This document shows, piece by piece, positions 32,357 through 42,717 of a stretch of DNA of 64,000 bases. Numbering within the stretch: the first letter of the stretch is position 1; each line of letters opens with the position of its first letter. The translations under genes were made by a program, and so were the position numbers. The notes under the pieces are model-generated. The model was not told the origin of the DNA. It saw only the letters and a program-made list of their open reading frames with translations, and made no database searches. The DNA is from an uncultured bacterium (GTDB lineage: Bacteria; Verrucomicrobiota; Verrucomicrobiia; Limisphaerales; UBA8199): contig CAVVMW010000023.1 of NCBI GenBank assembly GCA_963749495.1, positions 448,001-512,000 on the forward strand, written 5' to 3'.

Positions 32357-33856
32357 TCACCACTCCCGGAGGCGGTAGTAGGCTTTGTCCTGGGTGTTCA
32401 GGATGGCGGCATCAATGAACGGCCCGGTCGTATCAGGCGGGCCGGCGGGCAGATAAGGCCCGGTCACTGAGGGGGCGCGCTCGATTTGAGAGACCCGGCC
32501 GGGGCCTTGCCAATGAAGGACAAGGCTGGCCGGGGGCTGGTTGGTCGTTTGGGGCGCGGCCAGGGCGGCGGGGCCGCTGACGGCGGTCACATCGGAGACC
32601 AGGAACAGGGCGTCGAGGCCGAGGCTGGGCGCCCCGGCGGCGGCGCCGAAGGCGGCCGTGAGCTCCCAGTTGCGATAGACCACGTAACCGTGGTCGCTGA
32701 GCAGGTCGCCGGCATCGTAGTGAGCGCCCTGGGGGCCGTAAAAGCCGGTGGCGGTGGCGAACCAGATTTCGCGGCTGGGCCAGACGTAGATCGCCTTGAG
32801 GCCGTAATCGGTTGTGGCGTTGGTGGGGTTGAGGGCGGCCAGGAGCTGCGCGGCGGGTTCGAGGACCGCGCCGCGATCCGAGAGCAAGTCGCCGCTTTGG
32901 ATCTGGAGCCCGAGGGTTGCGGAATAGAAGGCGTTCTGAACGGAGAAAGAGGTCTCGCCCCAGTCCATGACCTGCACGGCGTTGAGCCCGGCGCCCGAGG
33001 CAGGGGGCGGGGCGGGGTTGAAAGGGGCGATCAAGGAGGCGTTGTCGCGCAGAATCCGGCCCTGGTCGGAGAGCAGGTCGCCGGCGTGCAGCGGACCCAG
33101 CGTTTCGCTGAAGATGTCCTGGGCGATCGAAAAGGCGATCTCGCCGCCGGGCAGGACGTCAACATCTTTGAGCCCCAGGTTGGGGACGATCGGCATGATG
33201 CCGAGGCGGGCGGCCAGTTGGTGGTTGCGCCGCACGACGCGGCCGGACATCGAGAGGAGGTCGCCGGCGCTGATGGCGTTGGTGGGCGGGTTCCAGAGGG
33301 CCGCCTGGAAAGGCTTGGCTGTGGCAAACCAAATCTCCCGGAACGGCGCGGCGTTGATGTCGAGGTGATACTGCTGGATGAACGTGCCGTTGGTCTGGTC
33401 CGCCGCGGCCTGGATCATCGGCCAGGGCCGTCCGGCGATGCCCGTGGCGTTGGTCAAATAGCAGAGTTTGTTGGTGGCGGCGTTGTCGATCTGGACCGCC
33501 AGGGAGAGCGTTTGCACCACGGCCACCTCGCCGCCGAGGCGATAGATCCCCCCGCCGGTGACCTTGTAGGCCGGGCTGTTGGTGGTCCCGGCCGTGAAGG
33601 CAATGTTCTCGACCGCGTAATCGGTGAAGAGCGGGTCCTGGCTCATCACGCGCAGCTCGAACGTCCCCCGCATCGGCACCGGGATCGTGAGCCTGTCGCA
33701 GACTGGGCAATCCTCCTCGAGCTGGCTGCCGTCGATCAGCGTATAGACCCACCGCGAACCCGGCTCCAGCACCTGGGCAACCGCCGGCTCGCAGAAGGAG
33801 AAGCCGGCCAGGATCAAGGCCCCGATAGCCGGCATTGGGAAGAGGGCAGTTTTCAT
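32357..33856 (-). CDS. Secreted hypothetical protein with four 'GDLLS' repeats and a C-terminal YYRL domain
   Basis: Signal-like N-terminus; repeats 'AGDLLSMSG/AGDLLSDQG/SGDLLSDRG/AGDLLSDHG'; ends 'KAYYRLREW'. Confidence 0.7.
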   Translation of the reverse strand: MKTALFPMPAIGALILAGFSFCEPAVAQVLEPGSRWVYTLIDGSQLEEDCPVCDRLTIPVPMRGTFELRVMSQDPLFTDYAVENIAFTAGTTNSPAYKVTGGGIYRLGGEVAVVQTLSLAVQIDNAATNKLCYLTNATGIAGRPWPMIQAAADQTNGTFIQQYHLDINAAPFREIWFATAKPFQAALWNPPTNAISAGDLLSMSGRVVRRNHQLAARLGIMPIVPNLGLKDVDVLPGGEIAFSIAQDIFSETLGPLHAGDLLSDQGRILRDNASLIAPFNPAPPPASGAGLNAVQVMDWGETSFSVQNAFYSATLGLQIQSGDLLSDRGAVLEPAAQLLAALNPTNATTDYGLKAIYVWPSREIWFATATGFYGPQGAHYDAGDLLSDHGYVVYRNWELTAAFGAAAGAPSLGLDALFLVSDVTAVSGPAALAAPQTTNQPPASLVLHWQGPGRVSQIERAPSVTGPYLPAGPPDTTGPFIDAAILNTQDKAYYRLREW

Positions 33857-34259
33857 GGCGCGCCTGCGATCCGCGGTCCGTGTCATCCAGCGGTTGCAGG
33901 ACGAGTTTACAAGAAAGAAGCGGGGGGGCAACCCCTCCGCCTTTGCGACCTGGAGCGCAGGGAAAGCCGGCGAGTCAGGCGCGGTGGGGAGCCCGTCTTT
34001 CGCTTCTTTGGCTTCTGGGGAATTGCAGTCGCGGACCCAATGGGTCAAGTCTAGAGAGGCGGAGCCTCAGACCGTGGCTTGGGCATCTTGCCCAAGCCCG
34101 CACGGGCAGGATGCCCGTGCCACAAACTTGACTTGTCTGCATCACGTTTCGAAACTCAAGGAATCTAGCGCGACGCCCTGGATGTCCGGTGAAATCAGTC
34201 TGGATCCCTTGCCACTTTTGGGCTTTTGCTTGGCGTCGTTTTCGGATAAAAAACCTGAC

Positions 34260-34460
34260 ATGGGCGAGCAAGTATGGCGTGGGCTGTGCGCGGGTGTGGG
34301 CCGGGAGTTCACGACGACCCACTGGAGCGTGGTGCTGGCGGCGGGAAGCAGCGACTCGTCCCAAGCGGCTGAGGCCTTGGAGCAGCTCTGCCGGGCCTAT
34401 TGGTTCCCGCTCTACGCTTATGTTCGCCGGCGCAAGCGACCGGCGAGCGGGGCACCGTGA
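34260..34460 (+). pseudogene. N-terminal fragment of an ECF sigma factor
   Basis: 'FTTTHWSVVLAAG...ALEQLCRAYWFPLYAYVRRR' breaks off near 34432. Confidence 0.7.
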
Positions 34461-34526
34461 GTCGCCGGGGCACGATTGCGACGGGTCGCGCGCAAACGGG
34501 TGGGCCGCACCGGCTGCTCTCAGCCG

Positions 34527-35244
34527 TCATTGTGGCGGTTGGGCCAACGGCCTCCGCACACGATGGTCTGGAAACTGGTCATACCGTGCCTTGCTCCACG
34601 GCAAGTTCTCCACGTGGCCGTCCGTGTAAATGTAATTGGCTCGACGACCGTGTTGGTTGTATCGAATCCACCCTTTAACTCTCAATGGCCAGGTGTTGGT
34701 TTTGGGCGATGGCTTGTTCTGAGTTCGGTGGCGGCGTTTGGCTGGTGCTCGTGATGGAACCGTTGTAGCCCATGAGGTCGGTGGCCAGCAATTGGGAGCG
34801 CGGAGTGTGGTCAGCCGGGCAGAACCCGGCCAGACGGCTGCGCAAATAGGGCTGGAAGAAGATGACCCACGGCTTCTCGGCTTGGCTGTTGCCCATGCCA
34901 CCGCCCGCCACGGCGCTGATGTTCGCAGGAAGGGTATCAACCTGAGTGCCGTCGTCCAGAACCCAACCTTCATGGTGGTGAAAAAGCCCCCCGTTGTAGT
35001 TGTCCATGTAAAGGCGGGCGGCCAAGCCGATTTGGCGCAGGTTGGAGCAGCAGGCCGCCTGTTGGCCTTTCGCTTTCGCCCGAGAAAGTGCCGGGAGCAG
35101 CAGAGCGGCCAGGATGGCGATGATGGCGATAACCACCAGAAGCTCGACGAGCGTGAACCCGTTGGACATGCCACCCCGCAGCCATGGCTCACGAGCCACG
35201 GAGCGGGGCGCATTGACTTCCTGTCGTGGACTGGCCATTTTCAC
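34527..35244 (-). pseudogene. Prepilin-type N-methylation / H-X9-DG domain protein, broken near 34677
   Basis: '[23 protein letters not shown]...CSNLRQIG'. The C-terminal 'HGRRANYIYTDGHVE' is in another frame and the middle region appears missing. Confidence 0.75.
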
Positions 35245-35439
35245 ATTATTACGAAATGTGAAAATAGTATTACTGCACAGCCCGGCGTCAAGTTAATTCA
35301 TTAGGATGCCCCCCCCATCCGGCCGCCTCTTCGTTTGCTTCGTTTCCTTCTGTTCTGTTCCTGTTCCCCCCGCCCGCTTGTAATTGCGCCCGCGCCCGCC
35401 AGGCGCTATAGATCCCGCCGTCATGGAAAGCGCATCCGC

Positions 35440-36405
35440 ATGAGCGGGCACCCGTTAGGCAACCAGAACGCCGGGACGGCTGTGCCGGTGATCCAGACCC
35501 AGGACCTGAGCAAGGTCTTCGGGTCGCAGCGGGCGTTGGACGGCGTGAGTCTGCGCGTCGCGCCGGGGGCGATCGGGCTGCTGGGCCCCAATGGCGCGGG
35601 CAAGAGCACCTTCATGAAATGCCTGCTCCAGCTCCAGCCCATCACTTCGGGCTCCGCGCAACTGCTTGGCCGGGAGGTCGGACGCGAGGGCCGGGAAATC
35701 CGCAAGCGCGTGGGCTACACCCCGGAGCAGGATTGCCACATCCCCGGCATGGCCGGCTGCGAATATGTGACTTATTGCGCCCAGTTGTGCGGCCTGCCGT
35801 TCCAGGCCGCCCGCCAGCGCGCGCACGAAATGCTCGACTTCGTCGGCATGGGCCAGGAGCGCTACCGCAAGGCCGACACTTACTCGACCGGCATGAAACA
35901 GCGCCTCAAGCTGGCCCAGGCCATGGTCCACGACCCCGAGATCATGTTCCTGGATGAGCCGACCAACGGCCTGGACCCCAAAGGCCAGGCGCAAATCCTG
36001 GATCTCATCCAGAGCCTCTGGCAGGCCTACGGCATCACCGTTGTCCTGTCCTCCCACCTCCTGCACGACGTGGACCGTATCTGCGAGCAGATCATCATCA
36101 TCGCCCGCGGCCGCGTGCTCGTCCACGACACGCTCGACAACCTCAAGGCGCGCAGGCGCGGCGCCGCCGAGGTGGTCCTGGCGGGCGGCCACCCGGCCCT
36201 CCAGGCGGCCTGCCAGCGCCGGCAATGGCCCTGCGAGATGCTCCCCAACGGCCACCTCAGAATCGAGCATAACTCCCAGTCCCTCAACCCCCTGCTCAAC
36301 CTCTTGCACGAACTGAAGCTGGCGCCGCTCGAAATCATTCCCAGCCCCAACGCCCTCGAAGAAACCTTCGTGCAAGCCCTGGAGATTTCCCATGCCGCTG
36401 CATGA
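35440..36405 (+). CDS. ABC transporter ATP-binding protein
   Basis: GPNGAGKS, YSTGMKQR, FLDEPTNGLD, SSH. Confidence 0.95.
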   Translation: MSGHPLGNQNAGTAVPVIQTQDLSKVFGSQRALDGVSLRVAPGAIGLLGPNGAGKSTFMKCLLQLQPITSGSAQLLGREVGREGREIRKRVGYTPEQDCHIPGMAGCEYVTYCAQLCGLPFQAARQRAHEMLDFVGMGQERYRKADTYSTGMKQRLKLAQAMVHDPEIMFLDEPTNGLDPKGQAQILDLIQSLWQAYGITVVLSSHLLHDVDRICEQIIIIARGRVLVHDTLDNLKARRRGAAEVVLAGGHPALQAACQRRQWPCEMLPNGHLRIEHNSQSLNPLLNLLHELKLAPLEIIPSPNALEETFVQALEISHAAA

Positions 36406-37387
36406 CACCGGCTACCAGCATTGGGAGGGCGTCCACTGCGGCTTGTGGCACCGCCGGTGGACCATCGCCCGCAACGGCTTGGCCGCTTGCCTCCAGAACA
36501 AATGGATGCGCTACCTCGTCGGGCTCTGCTGGGGCGGCGCCCTCCTCATGACCGCCCTGCTCTTCCTGGTCGGACAACTCCTGGTCGCCGACAGCGCCGT
36601 CGTGCAATGGGCCGGCAATCTCAACCCCGACCTCCAGGGCTTCGCCCGCACGTTCACCACCTGGCTGGAGCAACATCCCGAGGTCTCCGTGCGCACGACC
36701 CAGGACGTCCTCTTCTTCTATTTCGGCATCGGGCTGCTCCCGGTGAGCATTTTCGCCCTCGGCATGGCCATACCGTCCCTCATCACACGCGACCTCGCCA
36801 GCAACGCCATCATCATCTACGCCTCCAAGGCCGTGAGCCGCGGCGATTACCTCCTGGGAAAATTCTGCACCGCCTTCGGATTGATGACGCTCACCTGGCT
36901 CGGCCCCATCTGCGGCGCCTGGCTCCTGGGCAATTTGCTCGCGCCGGATTGGCGGTTCTTCTGGCACGCCCGCGTGCCCCTGTTCCATGCGTTGGTTTTC
37001 GGCCTGGGCGCCCTCGGCTTCCTCAGCGTGCTCGCGCTGGGCGTCTCCGCCATTTCCACCAAGGAAAAGTCCACCGCCGCTTTGTGGTTCTTCTGGTGGA
37101 TTCTGGGCGGCGTGGTGGTTCCCATTGCCGCCCATACCAAACCCTGGCTCCGCCATGCCAGCTTCAACTTCAACCTCGACCAGCTCGCGCTGGCCGTGTT
37201 CCGCCTCGGGGACGACCTCAAGATCGCGCAGGACAACATCCCCATCTTCGGCATGATGCTGCGCAGTATTCCTCGCCAAACCATGGCGGCGCTCAATTCA
37301 CCGCCCGTCTGGGGCGCAGCGCTGGGCCTGCTCCTCATGGCCGGCCTGGCCGCGCTGGTGGTCGCCAAAAAGGTCAAACCCGAATGA
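36392..37387 (+). CDS. ABC-2 type permease
   Basis: Multiple TM segments, 'IYASKAVSRGDYLLGK'; overlaps both flanking ATPase genes. Confidence 0.85.
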   Translation: MPLHDTGYQHWEGVHCGLWHRRWTIARNGLAACLQNKWMRYLVGLCWGGALLMTALLFLVGQLLVADSAVVQWAGNLNPDLQGFARTFTTWLEQHPEVSVRTTQDVLFFYFGIGLLPVSIFALGMAIPSLITRDLASNAIIIYASKAVSRGDYLLGKFCTAFGLMTLTWLGPICGAWLLGNLLAPDWRFFWHARVPLFHALVFGLGALGFLSVLALGVSAISTKEKSTAALWFFWWILGGVVVPIAAHTKPWLRHASFNFNLDQLALAVFRLGDDLKIAQDNIPIFGMMLRSIPRQTMAALNSPPVWGAALGLLLMAGLAALVVAKKVKPE

Positions 37388-38310
37388 GCGCCGTCGTCCA
37401 GGCCATCGAGGTAAGCCGGTGGTACGGCATTGTCATGGGGTTGAACAATGTCAGCTTCGACATCGGGCCTGGCTTGACCGGCCTGGTCGGCCCCAATGGC
37501 GCCGGCAAGAGCACCCTCATCCAAATCGTCACCGGCCAACTCCAGCCCAGTTCCGGCCAACTCACCGTCTTCGGCGAGGTGCCCTGGAACAATCCACCCC
37601 TGCTCCGGCGCATCGGCTATTGCCCCGAGCGCGAGGCCGTGCCCAAGGAGTTGCGTCCGCTGGACTGGCTGCGCGGCCTGGCGTGGTTGTCGGGACTGAC
37701 CGGGCCGGCGGTGACGGCCCGGTGTGAAGCGATTCTGGAGAAGGTCGGTTTGCCGCGCGAGCATTGGGGCAAACGCCTGGCCCAGTTCTCCAAGGGCATG
37801 AAGCAACGCGTCAAGCTCGCCCAGGGCCTCTTGCACCAACCGGACCTTCTGGTGCTGGATGAACCGATGAACGGCCTGGACCCGATGGGCCGCCAGGAGA
37901 TGGCCGCCATCCTCAAGGACCTGGCCGCCGGCGGGGTCAGCATCCTCATCTCCAGCCACATCCTGGCCGAGCTGGAATCCCTCTGCAAAGACATCCTCAT
38001 CCTGAACTGGGGCCGCATCCTCGCCTCCGGCGGCCAGCAGGAGATACGCAGCGACCTCAAGAACTGGTCAGAAGAACTCTCCGTCCAGTGCGACTCCCCC
38101 AAGGTGCTCGCCCGCCGCCTGTTCGACGCCGGCGTCCTTCTCGGCTTCGACCTCGAACCCGCCAATGGCCTCCTCCACATCCGCGTCAAGGACGCCGCCG
38201 ACTTCTACGCCCGCTGGACCGGCCTGCTCCTGGAGAGCGGTGTCACCGTTCACGCCATCCGCAGCCAAAGCCGCTCCCTCAAAAACATCTTCGATAAGGT
38301 AACCACATGA
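37384..38310 (+). CDS. ABC transporter ATP-binding protein
   Basis: ATGA overlap with the permease; GPNGAGKS, FSKGMKQR, VLDEPMNGLD. Confidence 0.95.
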   Translation: MSAVVQAIEVSRWYGIVMGLNNVSFDIGPGLTGLVGPNGAGKSTLIQIVTGQLQPSSGQLTVFGEVPWNNPPLLRRIGYCPEREAVPKELRPLDWLRGLAWLSGLTGPAVTARCEAILEKVGLPREHWGKRLAQFSKGMKQRVKLAQGLLHQPDLLVLDEPMNGLDPMGRQEMAAILKDLAAGGVSILISSHILAELESLCKDILILNWGRILASGGQQEIRSDLKNWSEELSVQCDSPKVLARRLFDAGVLLGFDLEPANGLLHIRVKDAADFYARWTGLLLESGVTVHAIRSQSRSLKNIFDKVTT

Positions 38311-38325
38311 ACGCGCCGCACGGAC

Positions 38326-38614
38326 CCCTCACCCGTCCTCCGGACACCCTCTCCCCATCCGATGGGGAGAGGGAAGGGGCATGGCTCACCTGTCGTTCGG
38401 ACACCCTCTCCCCATCCGATGGGGAGAGGGAAGGGGCATGGCTCACCTGTCGTTCGGACACCCTCTCCCCATCCGATGGGGAGAGGGAAGGGGCATGGCT
38501 CACCTGTCGTTCGGACACCCTCTCCCCATCCGATGGGGAGAGGGATGGGGCATGGCTCACCTGTCGTTCGGACACCCTCTCCCCATCCGATGGGGAGAGG
38601 GATGGGGTGAGGGG
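38326..38614. repeat. 57-bp tandem array (4 full units plus a partial one), each with the palindrome CCCTCTCCCCATCCGATGGGGAGAGGG
   Basis: Units start at 38341, 38398, 38455, 38512 and 38569; the same palindrome occurs at ~61570-61596. Confidence 0.95.
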
Positions 38615-38649
38615 TATTCGTCTCAATTCGGAAGCTCTCTGGAATTGGC

Positions 38650-39784
38650 ATGACTGAACCCGCGCCCGCCTCCGTCCCGCCCCCGCAGCCCACCCTCCTG
38701 GGCGCCTGGCGCGGGATCTGGCTCTTCACCTGGCGCCCGCAACTAGCCTGGCGGCGCCTGCCGCTGCTGCTGCTGGGCCTGGTCGCCCTGCCCGCCTTGG
38801 TCTTCCTCACCACCCCCTCCCCCTCGAGTTGGACCCAGCGGCCCGCCGCCCTCGGCAACCCGTTCATGCGATTCCGCGTGATGGCCAACCGCCTCGCCCA
38901 GGCCGACGCCCGCCTCCGGCCCGAACAACAGGAACCAATGCGCCGGATCTTCTCCGAGGAATTTGACCGCGTCCGCATCCTGGGCCGAGACGCAATCCGC
39001 CGAGGCCCGCGCCGAGCAGCAGCGGCAGGAAATCAAGGCCTGCTATGAGCGCATTCATCGCCGCGCGCAGAACGTGCTCGACGAGCGCCAGTTCGCCTTT
39101 TTTCAAGACTTCGAGAAAAGGTCGGTCCTGCGCGCCCAGCAGGAAGTGAGGCCCTTGTGGGGCCGGACCGAGCCCTTCTACCATTGGCTCATCGATCTCT
39201 ACTTCTTCGTCATCCTCCCGCTGCACTGCGTCCGGGGCTTGGGCGGTCTCATCCGGGACGAGGTCCAGGCCGATACACTTGGGTTCCTGCTCACGCGCCC
39301 CCTGAGCCGCGCCCGGTTGCTCCTGCTCAAATACCTCGCCCAGACCGCCTGGCTGCAGGCCGTTCTATTCGCCGAAACGCTCCTCCTCTTTGCCGCCGGC
39401 AGCCTCCGTCAAATCCCCGGGCTCGGCGCGTTGCTCCCCCTGTTCCTTGCCGCCCAAGTCCTGGCCGTGCCGGCCTGGTGCGCGCTCGGGGCCGCTATGG
39501 GCCAGGTCTCCAAACGCTACGTCGCCCTGGCCCTGCTCTACGGCTTCATCGTCGAAATGGGCATCGGACGCATCCCGACCAATATCAACACCCTCTCGCT
39601 CATGCGCCACCTCAAGAGCCTGCTCTCCCACCATGCGCCCCTCCAGGCCATCTACGATTGGCCCGCACGCGGCGTGACCCTCTCCGTTGCCGTCCCCCTC
39701 CTGGCCACCGCCCTCTTCATGGCCTTGGCCGCCCTCCTCTTCACCTTCCGCGAATACCATCACACCGCCGAGATGCAAAAGTGA
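38650..39784 (+). CDS. ABC-2 type permease (one frameshift near 38970)
   Basis: ORF 38650..39048 (TM N-terminus) overlaps ORF 38963..39784 ('LIRDEVQADTLGFLLTRPLSR...KYLA'). Confidence 0.75.
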
Positions 39785-39795
39785 GCGGGTATTTA

Positions 39796-39936
39796 GAGCC
39801 TGTCCCAAAAGCCCTGCGAGCGGGGGACCTTTGTCGAAACCTTTGTCGAAACCTTTGTCGGATCGGCCGTTTCTCGACAAAGGTGCCGACAAAGGCTGCG
39901 ACAAAGGTCCGGAATCAGAGCCATTGGGACAGGCTC
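39796..39936. repeat. MITE-like element: 13-bp terminal IR GAGCCTGTCCCAA enclosing inverted 12-mer repeats (CCTTTGTCGNAA)n
   Basis: IR at 39796-39808 and 39924-39936; the inner 12-mer hairpin is shared with elements near 57.4 kb and 63.2 kb. Confidence 0.85.
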
Positions 39937-39939
39937 GAT

Positions 39940-42495
39940 TTAGCAGCACCGCCGCACTCCGTTGTGCGCTCGCTCGGTCACCTCCAGATACACCTGTTGC
40001 GCGTCCTTCCTGGCCTGAGGGCCGCGGCGGCCGCTCACCGCCAGGCCCCCGCGCTCGGCATGGCCTTCTTCCCCGCATTGGCAGGCAGTTGCCGCCTGCT
40101 GCGCCCGGTCCATCTGTGCCTCGCCCGAGAGCTCCCGCGCCAACCCGATTCCCAGGGCCAGCACGCCCAGGACGTGCGACGGCCTGCCCTCGGCCACCGC
40201 GTAGTCCGCAAGCCAGACGGGTTGCGTCTCGCGCAGCGTCGCGGGTCTTCGACGCCCGAGCAGGAGCACCCACTCCCGCACGCTCAGCACGACGATGGCG
40301 GAGATCAACACGAGGAAGACCCCGGCGACGGCTGCGTCCAGGCGGTTGTTGAAGCGCAGCACGCGATTATCATGGATGGCCTTCTCTGCGGCGGCGATGG
40401 CTGCCGCCTCGCCGCCGGTCCTGGCCGCCGCGGCCGCCTGCTCCAGGGCGGGCCCTTTTTCATCCAGCACACTGGCCTGCGCCAGAAACCCGATCCGTGG
40501 GTCCGGGTGCCAGATCTTCTCGATGCCGGCCGTCATGGTTGCCGCCAGCAGCCAGACCAGCGGGACGAACGTGATCAGGGCGGCTAAATGCGGAGTGCGG
40601 AGGGGAAAATGACGAATGACGAATGACGAATGACGAATGACGAATGTGCCCGGGGGCTGCGACTGGTCGGACGCGTCCGACCTGTCTGACCCGTCCGACG
40701 CGGCTGTGGAGTGCGGAGCGGCCCGCAGCCCTTGTGGCGGCGCGTCCTTGCTGAGGCGCATCTTGAGGATGATGGTAGTGGCCAGGCACAGAGCGATGGC
40801 GGCGAGCATCTGGTTGGCAATGCCGAACAAGGGCCAGAGGGAGTTTACGCCGCCCAATGGGTCCAGGACGCCCTGGATGAGGAAGTAACCCCACGCGCCG
40901 ACCATGAGGAGGCTGGCCAGGAGGTTGGCGCCCAGGTTCCGCGTCTGGCCCAACGGCCTGGCGACATGGCCCAGGATGTCCTGGAGCATATAGCGGCCCA
41001 CGCGCGTGCCCGCATCGATCGTGGTGAGAATAAACAGCGCCTCGAACATGATGGCGAAGTGATACCACAAATCCAGCCCGTGCCCGCGCACGACTTTCGC
41101 GAATATTTGCGCCATGCCGACCGCCAGTGTGGCGGCGCCCCCGGTCCTTTCGAAGAGGGTCTTCTCGCCCAGTTGCGCGGCCAGTTGGTGCATCTGCCCC
41201 GTCGTGACGGGGAACCCCAGTGCGGTGACCTTGGCGACGGTGTTCGCCGCCGGACCCTTGACATTCATGCTCAGATAGACGCCCGGCTCCAGCGTGCAGG
41301 CGGCAATGAGGGCCATGATGGCCACCAGCGACTCCAGGCACATCGCCCCGTAGCCCACCGCCCGCGCATACGACTCGCGCGTGAGCATCTTGGGCGTCGT
41401 GCCGCTGGCGATGAGCGCGTGGAAACCCGAGATCGACCCGCAGGCAATCGTGATGAAGCAAAAGGGAAATATCTTGCCCGCCACGATCAGGCCCGAGCCG
41501 TCCACAAACCGGCTCAGCGCGGGCATCTTCAGCGCCGGCAGCACCAGAAACAGCCCCGCTGCCAGGGCGAAGATCGTGCCCAGCTTCATGAACGTGCTCA
41601 GGTGCCCGCGCGGCGCCAGCAACAGCCAGACCGGCAGCACGCTCGCCGCCAGCCCGTAGAGAATGATCGCCCAGCCCAGCGCCAGGTCGTGCAGCCCAAA
41701 CACCCGCGCCAGGTGCGCGTCCTCGTACACCAGCTTCCCGCCCCACACCGCCAGGAGCAGGCAAATCACACCGATGACCGAGGCCTCCAGCACCTTGCCG
41801 ATGCGCCCGTAGCGCAGGTAACACCCCATGAACATCGCAATAGGAATCGTCGACCCCACCGTGAACACGCCCCACGGGCTCTCGGCCAGCGCCTTGACTA
41901 CCACCAACCCCAGCACCGCCAGCAATATCACCACGATCGCCAGGATCGCGCACGATGCTATCACCCCCGCCGTTGTGTTCAGCTCCTCCTTCACCATCTC
42001 GCCCAGCGACTTGCCGTCCCGCCGCACCGAGGCAAACAACACCACAAAATCCTGCACCGCCCCGCCCAGCACCACGCCAATCAGAATCCACAACGTCCCC
42101 GGCAGATACCCAAACTGCGCCGCCAACACCGGCCCCACCAGCGGGCCCGGACCGGAGATGGCCGCGAAATGGTGGCCAAAGACGATCCATTTGTTTGTCC
42201 GAACGAAATCCTTGCCGTCATCGTGGACCTCGCACGGGGTGGCGCGCCGGTCGTCCAGGGCCAGGACGCGCGCGGCAATCCACTTGGCGTAAAACCGGTA
42301 GCCGATGGCGTATGTGCAAAGGGCCGCCAGCAGGATATAAACGGAATTGAGCGCCTCGCCCCGGCTCAGGGCCAGCACCCCATAAGCCGAGGCGCCTGCC
42401 CCCGCCAGCAGCACCCAGAGGCACTGGAAAAGCATTCGCTTCACGCCGCGCACTCTAACCCAAACGTTCCCCGGACGGAATCGGATAAAGCGCAA
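39940..42495 (-). CDS. cstA: Carbon starvation protein CstA (peptide/pyruvate transporter family) with a repeat-derived in-frame insertion
   Basis: 'FGHHFAAISGPGPLVGP', 'FITIACGSISGFHAL', 'MFEALFILTTIDAGTRVGR', 'LWPLFGIANQML'; start uncertain (42435-42495). Confidence 0.92.
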   Translation of the reverse strand: MRFIRFRPGNVWVRVRGVKRMLFQCLWVLLAGAGASAYGVLALSRGEALNSVYILLAALCTYAIGYRFYAKWIAARVLALDDRRATPCEVHDDGKDFVRTNKWIVFGHHFAAISGPGPLVGPVLAAQFGYLPGTLWILIGVVLGGAVQDFVVLFASVRRDGKSLGEMVKEELNTTAGVIASCAILAIVVILLAVLGLVVVKALAESPWGVFTVGSTIPIAMFMGCYLRYGRIGKVLEASVIGVICLLLAVWGGKLVYEDAHLARVFGLHDLALGWAIILYGLAASVLPVWLLLAPRGHLSTFMKLGTIFALAAGLFLVLPALKMPALSRFVDGSGLIVAGKIFPFCFITIACGSISGFHALIASGTTPKMLTRESYARAVGYGAMCLESLVAIMALIAACTLEPGVYLSMNVKGPAANTVAKVTALGFPVTTGQMHQLAAQLGEKTLFERTGGAATLAVGMAQIFAKVVRGHGLDLWYHFAIMFEALFILTTIDAGTRVGRYMLQDILGHVARPLGQTRNLGANLLASLLMVGAWGYFLIQGVLDPLGGVNSLWPLFGIANQMLAAIALCLATTIILKMRLSKDAPPQGLRAAPHSTAASDGSDRSDASDQSQPPGTFVIRHSSFVIRHFPLRTPHLAALITFVPLVWLLAATMTAGIEKIWHPDPRIGFLAQASVLDEKGPALEQAAAAARTGGEAAAIAAAEKAIHDNRVLRFNNRLDAAVAGVFLVLISAIVVLSVREWVLLLGRRRPATLRETQPVWLADYAVAEGRPSHVLGVLALGIGLARELSGEAQMDRAQQAATACQCGEEGHAERGGLAVSGRRGPQARKDAQQVYLEVTERAHNGVRRCC

Positions 42496-42717
42496 CCGTG
42501 CTGGAAACCCCGCCCGTGCGCGCGCCGAAGACAGCGCCGGAAGATGTCAGTGGTCCTGTTTTCGACCACCGGTCTGATGTCAATCCGGGAGTGGCCCTCC
42601 AACCGGGGGTCGTCGGCCGACCAGTCGAACGTGAGGTCGTCACCGACGGTGTTGGCGGAAATGGGCCAGCCAAGTTCATCGCGGAGGTAAGCGAGCAGAT
42701 CGGCAAGGGAGTTGATC

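Noticed and set aside
36421..37383. Long N-terminal extension of the second ABC ATPase (629-aa ORF)
   Set aside because: Off-frame overlap with the permease; the coupled ATG is at 37384.
38326..38614. Possible CRISPR array
   Set aside because: The sequences between palindromes are identical rather than unique spacers, and no cas genes are present.
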